Of a stretch of DNA of 64,000 nt, positions 54,460 through 63,935 are shown piece by piece (within the stretch, counting starts at the first letter, position 1; each line of letters begins with the position of its first letter). The translations under genes were made by a program, and so were the position numbers. The stretch spans positions 1 through 64,000 of the IMG/VR virus record IMGVR_UViG_3300041409_000610. One strand, given 5' to 3'. Below the pieces are notes generated by a model. That model did not search any database, was not told the DNA's origin, and saw nothing but the letters and a program-made list of their open reading frames with translations. This DNA is from a virus (lineage: Duplodnaviria > Caudoviricetes).

Positions 54460-57400
54460 ATGTCTGGCAACTTTGTGCATTTGCACACTCACACTGAGTA
54501 TTCTCCGCTCGACGGTCTCTCGACCACGAAAGAGATCGTCGCGGCGGTGAAGGCCGACGGGCAGACCGCCGTCGCGTTCACCGACCACGGCAACTGCGCC
54601 GCGCACCCGGACGCCCAGATCGTCTGCGAGGCCGAGGGCGTCAAGTCGATCTTCGGCCTGGAGGCCTACTTCGTCGATGACCGGTTCGCCCGTGAGGGCA
54701 AGCCGTCGGACTACTGGCACCTGATCCTGTGGGCCATGGACGACGAGGGCTTGAAGAACCTCTGGGCCATGAGCACCGAGTCCTATCGGGACGGTCTGTG
54801 GGGCAAGTACGCCCGCCTCGACTGGGACACCTTGCAGCGCTTGAACAAGGGCGTCATGTGCTCGACGGCGTGCCTCGGCGGCCCGGTTCTCAAGCCGATC
54901 TGGAAGGGCCCCGAGAAGTTCTTCGGCGGCGAAGGTGAAGAACTGGCGGTCTCGAATCTCTTGCGCCTGAAGGAGATCTTCGACGACCGGCTCTACATCG
55001 AGATCCAGCCGGGCAGCAGCTCCGAGCAGGTGCAGAGCAACTTCTGGCTGCTGGAGCAGGCAGAGAAGTACGGCATTGAGGCAGTTGTCGGGGTCGACGC
55101 GCACTATCCGACACCGAACGAGAAGCGCGCGCACAAGGTCTGGCTGGCCTCCGCCATGAACAAGACGCTCGACGAGTTGGCCGACAGCTCGATGTTCGAG
55201 GGTGACGACGACTACCACCTCATGACCGAGGACGAGGTGCGTGAGCAGCTGAGCTATCTGGAGTGGCCCTGGAAACACCCCGTGTGGTCTGCGGAGGCCC
55301 CTTACCCCCCACTGCACCACCAGTGCATGGCCGAATGGGGCGTGCCGGAGGATGAGCGCTTCGGGCTGTTGGAGCGGATCATCGCCAACACCAAGGTGAT
55401 CGCGGACCGGTGCTCGGCGAAGATCGAGCTGTCGAGCCACACTCCGGTCTACTCGCGCAAGACCGAGGATCACCCCAACCCCGCGAAGCACGACATCGAA
55501 CGTCTGCTGACCCAGTGCATGGATCGCTGGGACGAGCGCACCAGCGGGAAGAAGCATGGCTCGACCGCCTACATGCGACGGTTCGAGAACGAGTTCACGA
55601 TGATCGCGGCGAAGGGTTTCGCGGGCTACTTCCTCATGGTGGCCGACCTCGTGGGCTACGCGAAGGAGACCGGCATCCTGGTCGGCCCCGGGCGTGGATC
55701 CGGCGGCGGATCGCTGGTGGCCTACTTGCTCGGCATCACCGAGATCGACCCGGTCGAGCACGACGTGCTGTTCGAGCGGTTCATGACCAAGGGCCGCACC
55801 GAGCTGCCGGACTTCGACATCGACTTCCCCAGCTCGAAGAAGGCCGAGATGTACGGCTACGTCGCGAAGCGCTGGGGCGAGGCGCACGTGGCCACCGTCG
55901 GCACGCACATGCGGCTGAAGTCCAAGAGCGTCATCCAGTCGGTGGCCCGCGCGTTGAAGGACACCCTGCCCGAGGGCCACTGGACCGACATGATGGAGTG
56001 CTCCAAGATCATCGAGGCGGCCGAGGGTGACACCGCCGGTCTGGGGCTGTCCTGGGACGAGCTGTGGGACCGCGCCGGAGATCTACTCCAGCCCTACGCC
56101 GATCGCTACCCCGACGTCTTCCTGTACGCCAAGCGCTTCCACGGGCGGCTGAAGGGCTACGGCAAGCACCCGGCAGGCGTGATCATCGACCCGGACCATC
56201 CGCTGACGGAGAACCTGCCGCTGCGGATGGGCGAGGACGGCACGATGATCGCCCAGTTCGACCTGAAGGTGCTGGAGCTGCTCGGGTACGTGAAGTTCGA
56301 CCTGCTCAACATCGCCAACCTGGACATGATCCAGACGGCCATGGACCTGATCTTCGAGCACACCGGCAAGCGGATCACTCCCTACACCTGGACCGAGGAG
56401 CTGGAAGACCCGCTGCTCTACGACGAGATCGGGAAGGGGCACTGCCTCGGTCTGTTCCAGATCGGCTCGGCGATCGGCACCGCGATGTCCCGGCGGATGA
56501 AGCCTGACGGCCTGCACGAGCTGGCCGACATGGTCACTCTGGTCCGGCCGGGCCCGTCGCGCTCGGGGCTGACCGATCGCTACCTGGCCCGCCGCAAGGG
56601 CGAGGAGGAGATCTACTACCCCGATGAGCGGATGCGCGAGGTCCTCGGCAAGACCTGGGGCGCGATGATCTACCAGGAGCAGCTCATGAAGCTGTGCATG
56701 GTGCTCGCGCAGTACGACGACGTCGAGGCCGACAAGGTCCGGAAGATCCTCGGCAAGAAAAAGGTCGAGGAGGCCAAGAAGCAGGGCGCGATCTTCATCG
56801 AGCGGGCCATGGCCAACGGCACCGACGAGGCCGTCACGCGCGAGTTGTGGGCGCAGATGGAGGAGTTCGCGCGGTACAGCTTCGGCTTCGCCCACGCGCT
56901 GGCCTACGCGATTTTAGGGGTTTGGACAGCCTGGTTCAAATTCCACTACCCGCTCTACTTCATGTGCGGCGCGCTCTCGACGGCCAAGGACGACGACGTG
57001 CGTGTGTCCTATGTGGAGGAGACACGGCGGATGGGGTACAAGGTCCTCTCGCCGGACATCAACCTCTCCGGGCGCGGCTTCTCCCTCGGCGATACCGGAC
57101 TGGACATCCGCTACGGGCTGGATGCCATCAAGGGCCTTGGCCCGGTTGCCGTCGAGTCGATCATCGCCTCTCAGCCCTACTCGTCCTGGGAGGACTTCAT
57201 AGAGCGCCGGGGCCCGAAGGTGGACAAGGGCCACATCGCCACCATGGTCAAGCTCGGGGTGTTCGACTCCCTGGAGCCCAACCGGCGGGTGCTGGAGCGG
57301 CGGCTGGCGTTCGACGCCCTTCCGGCCGCCCAGCAGTGCGTACACCGCGTCCCGGGGGACCGACCGCTGGTCTGGCTCCCCTCGCCCAAGCGCGGCGTTC

Positions 57401-57963
57401 CTGCGGAGCCTGAGACGGTCTCCTGGACGCTCCCGTGCGGGTTCGACTGGCTGAGCGAGCCGGAGACGATCAGCGAGCGCACGGGCAAGCTGGAGCGCCG
57501 GAAGGCGCCGCCGAAGATCTGCTCGAAGGGCTGCCGCCAGTGGATCCAGGCGGCCGGTCCGGAGGACCTCACCGTGGCGCCCTACTCGGCCGCCGAGATC
57601 CGCGCGATCGAGCAGGAGCTGCTCGGGACCTACCTCTCCTCTACCCCGTTCGACGCCATCCCGGCGGAGGACATGGATCAGTTCTCGACCGCCGACGACA
57701 TCGAGACCGGCGGCCTCGGCAACTACATGGTCGCCGCCGTGATCCAGGGCGTCCGCAAGATCCAGACGAAGAAGGGTGACTCGATGGCGATCATCACCCT
57801 GTCCACACCTCGTGGGTCGTTCACCACCGCCGCCTTCCCCTCTCTCTGGGAGCAGCAGGGCGACCAATTCGTGAAGGGCAACCTGGCGTACGCGCTGGTC
57901 ACCAAGGGAGACCGGGGCTGCCGTCTGGACACCTTCATCCCGATCCAAGGAGTGACCGCATGA
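54460..57963 (+). CDS. dnaE: DNA polymerase III alpha subunit
   Basis: PHP HLHTHTEYSPLDG, TDHG; GPGRGSGGGSLVAY; LFERF; PDFDIDF; KHPAG; VKFDLL; RPGP; IYQEQ; C-terminal OB fold. Confidence 0.95.
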   Translation: MSGNFVHLHTHTEYSPLDGLSTTKEIVAAVKADGQTAVAFTDHGNCAAHPDAQIVCEAEGVKSIFGLEAYFVDDRFAREGKPSDYWHLILWAMDDEGLKNLWAMSTESYRDGLWGKYARLDWDTLQRLNKGVMCSTACLGGPVLKPIWKGPEKFFGGEGEELAVSNLLRLKEIFDDRLYIEIQPGSSSEQVQSNFWLLEQAEKYGIEAVVGVDAHYPTPNEKRAHKVWLASAMNKTLDELADSSMFEGDDDYHLMTEDEVREQLSYLEWPWKHPVWSAEAPYPPLHHQCMAEWGVPEDERFGLLERIIANTKVIADRCSAKIELSSHTPVYSRKTEDHPNPAKHDIERLLTQCMDRWDERTSGKKHGSTAYMRRFENEFTMIAAKGFAGYFLMVADLVGYAKETGILVGPGRGSGGGSLVAYLLGITEIDPVEHDVLFERFMTKGRTELPDFDIDFPSSKKAEMYGYVAKRWGEAHVATVGTHMRLKSKSVIQSVARALKDTLPEGHWTDMMECSKIIEAAEGDTAGLGLSWDELWDRAGDLLQPYADRYPDVFLYAKRFHGRLKGYGKHPAGVIIDPDHPLTENLPLRMGEDGTMIAQFDLKVLELLGYVKFDLLNIANLDMIQTAMDLIFEHTGKRITPYTWTEELEDPLLYDEIGKGHCLGLFQIGSAIGTAMSRRMKPDGLHELADMVTLVRPGPSRSGLTDRYLARRKGEEEIYYPDERMREVLGKTWGAMIYQEQLMKLCMVLAQYDDVEADKVRKILGKKKVEEAKKQGAIFIERAMANGTDEAVTRELWAQMEEFARYSFGFAHALAYAILGVWTAWFKFHYPLYFMCGALSTAKDDDVRVSYVEETRRMGYKVLSPDINLSGRGFSLGDTGLDIRYGLDAIKGLGPVAVESIIASQPYSSWEDFIERRGPKVDKGHIATMVKLGVFDSLEPNRRVLERRLAFDALPAAQQCVHRVPGDRPLVWLPSPKRGVPAEPETVSWTLPCGFDWLSEPETISERTGKLERRKAPPKICSKGCRQWIQAAGPEDLTVAPYSAAEIRAIEQELLGTYLSSTPFDAIPAEDMDQFSTADDIETGGLGNYMVAAVIQGVRKIQTKKGDSMAIITLSTPRGSFTTAAFPSLWEQQGDQFVKGNLAYALVTKGDRGCRLDTFIPIQGVTA

Positions 57964-59027
57964 GCCCGAGCAAGGCAGCGCTGAAGAAGTTCACCGAGGA
58001 GCTGGGAAAGCGTCACGAGGGCGCCTCGATCCGTGACCTGAGCGAGGGCCCGCCGGAGGTCGTCCCCACCGGCTCGCTGTCCCTGGACTACGCCCTCGGC
58101 TGCGGCGGCTGGGTGAAGGGCCGTGTCGTCGAGCTGTGGGGCCGGGAGCAGACCGGCAAGTCCACCATGCTGACGATCTCCGTCGCTGAGTTCCAGCGGC
58201 AGGTGCCGAACCGAATGGCCGCGTGGATCGACGTCGAGGGCACTTTCGACCTGGAGTGGGCGCGTGGGCACGGCGCGGACCTGGACCCGAGCCGGTTCCT
58301 CCTGATCCAGCCGGGCAACGCCGAGGAGGTTGCCGACCTCACCAAGGAGCTGATCAACGCCACCGATGGCGGTGACCCGATGTTCGGCTTTATCACGCTC
58401 GATTCGGTCGGCGCCATGATCACGCAGACCGAGAAGGACAAGGACGCCGACGAGGTCACCATGGCGGCCAACGCCAAGGTAGTCACTCGCATGGTGAAGA
58501 TCGCCTCGGCGGACATGGGCCAGACGGGCGCCGTCCTGGCGATCATCAACCAGGTGCGTGCCAACCTGTCCTATGGCGGGGACCTGACCCGCACCGGCGG
58601 CTTCGCACTCTCCCACGTGACCACGCACCGAGTGCAGTTCAAGCGCACCGGCACCAAGCCCTACATGATCGGTGGCAAGGGCTCGGAGGAGCAGGTCGGC
58701 CAGGAGATCGCCATGTTCGTCGAGAAGAACAAAGTGGCTCCGCCCAAGCGCACCGCGATGGCGACCTTCTGGAACCAGACGACCGAGAAGTACGGCCCGA
58801 TGGGTCTGGACGTGGCTCGGGACGTCTTCAACACCGCGCGCAACATCCCGGGCGTCTTCGGCCGCCGGAGCGCCTGGTACGACCTGCCGGACGGCTCGAA
58901 GCACAACGGCGAGGACTCGGTGGTCGCCTACCTGCGCGAGAACGTCGCCGCCCGCGAGGCCATCCGCGAGAAGGTCCTGGCCACCCGGTCGCACGAGGTC
59001 ATCACCGACCCGATCAAGGAGGGCTGA
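57960..59027 (+). CDS. recA: RecA-family recombinase
   Basis: PTGSLSLDYALGCGG, GRVVELWGREQTGKST, IDVE, LDSVGAM, IINQVR, KNKVAPP. Confidence 0.92.
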   Translation: MSPSKAALKKFTEELGKRHEGASIRDLSEGPPEVVPTGSLSLDYALGCGGWVKGRVVELWGREQTGKSTMLTISVAEFQRQVPNRMAAWIDVEGTFDLEWARGHGADLDPSRFLLIQPGNAEEVADLTKELINATDGGDPMFGFITLDSVGAMITQTEKDKDADEVTMAANAKVVTRMVKIASADMGQTGAVLAIINQVRANLSYGGDLTRTGGFALSHVTTHRVQFKRTGTKPYMIGGKGSEEQVGQEIAMFVEKNKVAPPKRTAMATFWNQTTEKYGPMGLDVARDVFNTARNIPGVFGRRSAWYDLPDGSKHNGEDSVVAYLRENVAAREAIREKVLATRSHEVITDPIKEG

Positions 59028-59028
59028 G

Positions 59029-59451
59029 ATGGACCTCGCGATCATCATCATGGGGTCCGTGCTGACTGCGCTCTCCGGGGGCGGTCTGCTCTACCTGGCC
59101 ATCGCCGGGATCTTCCACCTCAAGCCGTTCAACCGGCCGCCCGAGCCGGACCTGGATACGACTCCGGATCCGGACGTCAGGGTGGCCGGTCGCCTGATCG
59201 ATCCCGAGCTGGCGCACTACCTCGCGGCGCATGTCTATGGCCGGTCCGTCCGGCGCCGGTTCAACCCGGCCGACTACCCGGAGCAGACCACTGTGAAGTG
59301 CCTGACCTGCGGACACGAGCTGATCGGCGGCCAGTTCTTCTGGGATACCCCGCTGCTCGACCGCGACACCCTGGCACCGGTCGGGAAGAGCTTCCAGATC
59401 TGCATGAGCTGCCAGCCCGGCGACGTGGAGGCGATCACCCATGGTCAGTAA
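59029..59451 (+). CDS. membrane-anchored Zn-ribbon hypothetical protein
   Basis: N-terminal hydrophobic helix; CLTC...CMSC. Confidence 0.6.
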   Translation: MDLAIIIMGSVLTALSGGGLLYLAIAGIFHLKPFNRPPEPDLDTTPDPDVRVAGRLIDPELAHYLAAHVYGRSVRRRFNPADYPEQTTVKCLTCGHELIGGQFFWDTPLLDRDTLAPVGKSFQICMSCQPGDVEAITHGQ

Positions 59452-59968
59452 GCCCAGCACCCGCGACATGAGCGACCGGCACGAGGACTTCCTGGCCGAG
59501 CTGCTCGGTGGCCGGAAGACCAAGGGCTCGGGCAGTCACTGGCGGGACCAGATGGACGGCAAGAACGACCAGCACGAGCAGTCGCACGCGCTGGTGTGGG
59601 ACGGCAAGGCCACCCAGAACGCGTCGGTCAGCATCAGCCGGGACATGTGGGCGAAGGCCTGCGAGCAGTCCGGCGGCCTCATCCCCTCGGTCGCCATCCG
59701 CTTCTACAGCAAGGGTTTCCTGCTCAAGTCGGAACTGGACCTGATCACGCTGGAGGCCAACGACTTCGCCGCGATCCTGGAGGACGCGCGCAAGGCGCAG
59801 ATCCGGGGCCTGGAGGCCGCCAGCGCGGCCGGGGTGCTGCGGGACGTCCAGAACGAGGAACGCCACGCCCGGCACCGGCTGGCCGTGCTGCTGGACGCCG
59901 AGGGCGACCTGACCTGGGATGCGCTGCTCGACCTGGCCGAACAACGACTGAACGGAGCGGCGGCATGA
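59441..59968 (+). CDS. PD-(D/E)xK endonuclease, Holliday-junction-resolvase-like
   Basis: HEDFLAELLGGRKTKGSG...MDG...WDGKAT...SIS..MW.K. Confidence 0.6.
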   Translation: MVSKPSTRDMSDRHEDFLAELLGGRKTKGSGSHWRDQMDGKNDQHEQSHALVWDGKATQNASVSISRDMWAKACEQSGGLIPSVAIRFYSKGFLLKSELDLITLEANDFAAILEDARKAQIRGLEAASAAGVLRDVQNEERHARHRLAVLLDAEGDLTWDALLDLAEQRLNGAAA

Positions 59969-60267
59969 GCGAGGATCGAGAGATCAAGGCCCAGTGGGCA
60001 TACGTGCTCGGCGAGGGCCGGGTCATCGTCTACGGCCTGACCGAGGCGCCGCTGGTGCTCACCCCGCAGGAGGCCGAGAACCTCGCCGGGCTGGAGCACC
60101 ACGCCAAGATGGCCAAGACCGCGCCCCAGATCATGGCGTGGCTCGAAGGTCATGGGCTGCCGGAGGAAAAGGTCTCCGAAATGCTCGGTGACCTGGCCCT
60201 GAAGGCTCAGACCAATGAGACGATGAGCGGTCTGCTCAAGGCCTTCGGGAACAGGTATGGCGCTTAA
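59965..60267 (+). CDS. hypothetical protein
   Basis: ATGA overlap; 100 aa. Confidence 0.6.
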   Translation: MSEDREIKAQWAYVLGEGRVIVYGLTEAPLVLTPQEAENLAGLEHHAKMAKTAPQIMAWLEGHGLPEEKVSEMLGDLALKAQTNETMSGLLKAFGNRYGA

Positions 60268-61057
60268 CCTCAACCGTGCGCTGGCCGGGCTGAAGAAGCA
60301 GCAGCTCTTCATCCCGGTCCTGCGAGCGGCCATGGCCAACCCGAAGTTCAAGAGCTTCTGGATCGAGGTCGAGGGCTGGCAGAAGAGCACGCGCAGCTGG
60401 GACGGGTACTTCCACCCGTCCACCCACGGCGACTGGACCGCCCGCCAGCTGACCTATCTGCTCAAGCACGGCGCCGACGTGCCTCGGGAGCCGCCCGCGC
60501 TGGAGTTCGTCATGGCGGTGACCCAGGGCAAGTTCTGGCACCGGATCATCCAGCAGATCGGCCTCGACGAGGGCCTGCTGCGCGAGCAGCCCGGCACCAC
60601 GGCGGCCGACGACATCGAGACCCGTGTCGAGGTGCCGCTGCGGGACGAGTACCACAACCTGATCGGGCACGCCGACGGCGAGATGGCTACGGCCGAGGAC
60701 GAGCTGTTCGAGCTGAAGACCATGAACGACATGAAGATCAAGAAGTACACGTCCGAGGACGTGCTGCGCGAGCTGAACCCGTTCGGCTACTGGGAGCAGA
60801 CCCAGGACTACCTGATGATCTCGGGCAAGGCGAAGTCGCGCTACATGATCGTCTCGATGGCCAGCCCGTTCCCGATGCAGGAGTTCCTGGTCCACGCCGA
60901 CCCCGAGTTCCAGGCCGGGCAGCGGGCGAAGTACCGCGAGGCGATCGTCGCCACCCAGGAGGGCTGGCTGCCGGAACCCTGCTGCGTGCTCGGCTCGGCC
61001 AAGGCCACCAGCTGCCCCGTGCGTGAGTTCTGCCCGATGGGAGGGATCGCCCGATGA
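60257..61057 (+). CDS. Cas4/RecB-like exonuclease
   Basis: FHPS, GKFWH, GHADG, ELKT, QTQDY, C-terminal PCC...CPVREFC. Confidence 0.75.
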   Translation: MALNLNRALAGLKKQQLFIPVLRAAMANPKFKSFWIEVEGWQKSTRSWDGYFHPSTHGDWTARQLTYLLKHGADVPREPPALEFVMAVTQGKFWHRIIQQIGLDEGLLREQPGTTAADDIETRVEVPLRDEYHNLIGHADGEMATAEDELFELKTMNDMKIKKYTSEDVLRELNPFGYWEQTQDYLMISGKAKSRYMIVSMASPFPMQEFLVHADPEFQAGQRAKYREAIVATQEGWLPEPCCVLGSAKATSCPVREFCPMGGIAR

Positions 61058-61707
61058 ACACCGATGCCCTGGAGGCCTTCGCGGCCGGTCGGCCGAGCAA
61101 GACGAAGGACGAGTGGCGGTCGCCGACGCTTGACGACCTCCCGATGCGCGAGTACTACCCGCGCCAGGTGATCGCCGTTGACCAGTCGCTGCGCAAGTTC
61201 GCTGCCGTCTTCATGCTCAACGCCTGGGAGCTGGGCAGTCCTCAGATCTGCGTGCTCGCCGCGCGCAAGTTCAGCACCGAGGAGGGCGAGGTCTCCGGCT
61301 GGGAGGCGAACTTCCAGCGGGCCATGCAGCTCGCCGGGGAGTTCAAGGACTGGGTGCTGGAGGTCACGCCCGGGTTCAGCCTCGTCGCCCAGGAGATCGT
61401 GCACGAGGCGCCCCCGGCGGGCGGCGGCCGCATCATCCGGCCCGAGGCCTCCATCCTCGGCGGCATGGCCGTGCGCGTTGCCGCGCGAGACCTTGGGCTG
61501 TCGACTCAGCGCATGGTCACCCCGCAGACCCACAAGCGGTTCGTCTGCGGCACGGACAAGGTGACCAAGGCCCAGCACCACGCTGAGCTGAAGAAGCTGG
61601 CCGCCCAGCTGGGGGTCACCGGCATGGACTTGATCAAGAACCAGGACCAGCGCGACGCGTTCTCGGTCGGCCTGGTCCAGCTGTCGAGGCCGGTGCCCGG
61701 TGTATGA
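61054..61707 (+). CDS. RuvC-like resolvase
   Basis: VIAVDQSL, IVHE, PQTHKRFVCG...TK, DQRDAFSVG. Confidence 0.7.
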   Translation: MNTDALEAFAAGRPSKTKDEWRSPTLDDLPMREYYPRQVIAVDQSLRKFAAVFMLNAWELGSPQICVLAARKFSTEEGEVSGWEANFQRAMQLAGEFKDWVLEVTPGFSLVAQEIVHEAPPAGGGRIIRPEASILGGMAVRVAARDLGLSTQRMVTPQTHKRFVCGTDKVTKAQHHAELKKLAAQLGVTGMDLIKNQDQRDAFSVGLVQLSRPVPGV

Positions 61708-62389
61708 GCTGCCCCCGAAGGACGAGCTGCGGCGCCTCTACCTGGACGAAGAGGTGTCCGTCCGGCGTCTCTGTGTCCGGTACGGGGTGGCCAAGGACAC
61801 CGTCCGGCGCTGGCTGGTCGTCTACGAGATCCCCCTGCGCAGTCACCAGCAGGCGTCCCAGGTCAGACCCTCTCGCAAGGCTCCTCCGCTGGACAAGGCC
61901 GTCCTGGAGCGGATGTATGCCCGGCAGGGCCGGACGATGACCGAGATCGCCGCCGTGCTGAAGGTCGGGCAGATGCGGGTGAAGACCTCGCTGGAGCACC
62001 ACGGGATCCCGCTCCGGAAGACCGGCGGCCGCCGGGCCGCGTACCTGCCGCCCCACGTCCTGCTGCCGATGGCCCGCAACGGGCTGACCCTGACCCAGAT
62101 GGCCCGGACCCTGGGCGTCGGCGAGAGGCGCATCCGGGAAGAGCTGGACAAGCTGGGCGCCGAGCGCCGCCGCCGGGCGCCCAAGGGCGAGGGGCCGCCC
62201 CGGCGCTCGGTGGCGAGCTTCGAGGAGGTCGTGGTGGCCCAGACCATGACCGGCCGCGATATCACGCGCCTGGTCGCCCACCTGGAGTGCGGCCACAAGA
62301 GCCCGGTCTCCCGCAAGAGACTCCCCCACGACCGGATGACCGCGACGTTCGGCTGCAAGGTCTGCGCGCAGAAAGAGAGTGGATCATGA
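61700..62389 (+). CDS. tandem-HTH DNA-binding protein with C-terminal Zn ribbon
   Basis: Three HTH-like repeats (LRRLYL..SVRRLCVRYGVAKDTVRRWL..YEIPLR; LERMY..TMTEIAAVLKV..HGIPLR; TLTQMARTLGV) and LECGH...CKVC. Confidence 0.7.
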   Translation: MYELPPKDELRRLYLDEEVSVRRLCVRYGVAKDTVRRWLVVYEIPLRSHQQASQVRPSRKAPPLDKAVLERMYARQGRTMTEIAAVLKVGQMRVKTSLEHHGIPLRKTGGRRAAYLPPHVLLPMARNGLTLTQMARTLGVGERRIREELDKLGAERRRRAPKGEGPPRRSVASFEEVVVAQTMTGRDITRLVAHLECGHKSPVSRKRLPHDRMTATFGCKVCAQKESGS

Positions 62390-63075
62390 CCAACAACGTC
62401 CGCGCGAGCGGCAAGACCGCCGCCGACGAGACAGCCCGGGAGCTGGGCGCTGAGCTGGACCAGCCGCTCAACCCCGAGCTGCCGGACGAGCGCAAGCGCA
62501 AGTTCGCCACGGCCGGGCAGTCCCGGCTGCGCGTCGACTGGCGCCCGGAGCAGCGCGCCGAGCTGAACCAGATGCACCTGGTCGTGCAGCGGCGGCTGAC
62601 CGACAACTTCGCCGACGCCTTCGCGCTGCTGGTCGAGCTGTGGTCGCTGGTGCGCGAGCCGGTGCAGGTCAACGGCGAGGTGCTGCGCGACAATGTCACC
62701 GGCATGCCGGAGTGGCGACGTACCCCGTCCGGGGGATACATCGAGGACTGGGGCAAGCTCAACGTCCGCGAGCGAGAGCGCTTCCTCTACCAGCTGACGA
62801 CCCGGCTGGCGATCTGGGAGCAGCGGGCCACCGAGGCCTGGTACGAGTCGATGTACGCCAAGGTCACCTGGGAGATGAGCTTCTCCGACGGGTTCGAACG
62901 CCTTGAGGGCACGATGAAAGACACCGTCGAGGCGCGCACCGCGCGCGGCAAGCTGGTCGCCCGGGAAGATCACTTCTTCGCGATCCTGAGCACCTACTAC
63001 AGCCGCAAGGCCGAGGCTCTCGTCCGCTCGATGGAGCGAATTGCTCAGCGACTCAAGGACATTCACGTGGGTTAG
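62386..63075 (+). CDS. conserved hypothetical helical protein
   Basis: ATGA overlap; 229 aa; GC3-rich codons. Confidence 0.7.
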   Translation: MTNNVRASGKTAADETARELGAELDQPLNPELPDERKRKFATAGQSRLRVDWRPEQRAELNQMHLVVQRRLTDNFADAFALLVELWSLVREPVQVNGEVLRDNVTGMPEWRRTPSGGYIEDWGKLNVRERERFLYQLTTRLAIWEQRATEAWYESMYAKVTWEMSFSDGFERLEGTMKDTVEARTARGKLVAREDHFFAILSTYYSRKAEALVRSMERIAQRLKDIHVG

Positions 63076-63152
63076 TAACCACGGAAGTAGTTGCGAACTC
63101 GTGACCTAATAGGACGCTCTCCTTGCCAAAAAGGATCACGTTGAGTCACGAT

Positions 63153-63183
63153 GAGGCGGGCGGCCCACTAGGTCGCCCGCCTC
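63153..63183 (+). terminator. hairpin in the AT-rich intergenic region before the sigma-like gene
   Basis: GAGGCGGGCGGCC / GGTCGCCCGCCTC. Confidence 0.5.
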
Positions 63184-63227
63184 GGTGTTACCGGGGCCAC
63201 TAAGGGTTCGATAGGGGCTCGGGCTAC

Positions 63228-63935
63228 GTGACGTCGATACAGGCATCCCCGGAGGTCGCAGAGCTACGACAGCTGCTGCGCTACCTGCAAGAGTTCCGGT
63301 CCCTCTACGAGCTGGAGGGGATTGACGAGGTCACCACCCCGCGCGGCGTGACCTGGTCCATCTGGGACCTGGAGTACCTCTACGAGAAGGCCGCCGACCT
63401 GCTCACCGAGTCCCAGTTCACGGCGATCCGGCTGTTCCTGGTCGAAGATCACAAGGAAGCCGACGCCGCCGAGTTGATGGGCGTCTCCCGGACCAACCCC
63501 ATCGGCATGTACGCCGCGCTCGGGCTCTCGAAGCTGGTCGAGTTCGTGGACGCCGGAGGTCTGGACCGCTTCCGCTCTCGCCGTGAGGACTGGGCCCGGG
63601 ACCACTTCCGGATGGCCGTCTGGGCCATGCAGAAGCTGGCCGGGCAGATCAAGGACCAGTCCGAGGTGATGATCAACGACTGCCTACGCTTCAACCTGGC
63701 TCCGGGCGGCCACGTCCCCCGGATCCGCCTGAAATCCCACGCTTCGGCGTCGGGATTTTTCTATGTCCACCCCCTGGAGGTCATGTACGTGGCCCACGTG
63801 GGACTGGTGCCGCCGGGCTACGCCGTCCTGCACCGATACAGCCTCCCCGACTACCGTGCATGCCACCTGGCCTGCGTGAACCATGAGCACGCGCGCCTCG
63901 CCCACAGGGGGATCAACTGGAGGAGGTCAGCGTGA
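63228..63935 (+). CDS. sigma-70 region-4-like HTH protein fused to an HNH-like domain
   Basis: LTESQFTAIRLFLVEDHKEADAAELMGVS (region-4 pattern); C-terminal MYVAHVGLVPPGYAVLH...CVNHEH (HNH pattern). Confidence 0.55.
   Translation: MTSIQASPEVAELRQLLRYLQEFRSLYELEGIDEVTTPRGVTWSIWDLEYLYEKAADLLTESQFTAIRLFLVEDHKEADAAELMGVSRTNPIGMYAALGLSKLVEFVDAGGLDRFRSRREDWARDHFRMAVWAMQKLAGQIKDQSEVMINDCLRFNLAPGGHVPRIRLKSHASASGFFYVHPLEVMYVAHVGLVPPGYAVLHRYSLPDYRACHLACVNHEHARLAHRGINWRRSA

Noticed and set aside
49561-59027. Inteins or introns in DnaB, DnaE or RecA
   Set aside because: Lengths are normal, core motifs are contiguous, and I see no C...HN-C/S/T splice junctions or LAGLIDADG motifs.
37165-61057. DinG plus Cas4-like nuclease as a type IV CRISPR-Cas system
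   Set aside because: No repeat-spacer array and no Csf/Cas7-like genes seen. The two genes are over 20 kb apart in ordinary replication contexts.
63076-63227. tRNA or other ncRNA in the AT-rich intergenic gap
   Set aside because: Only one hairpin is evident, with no cloverleaf or recognisable RNA family.
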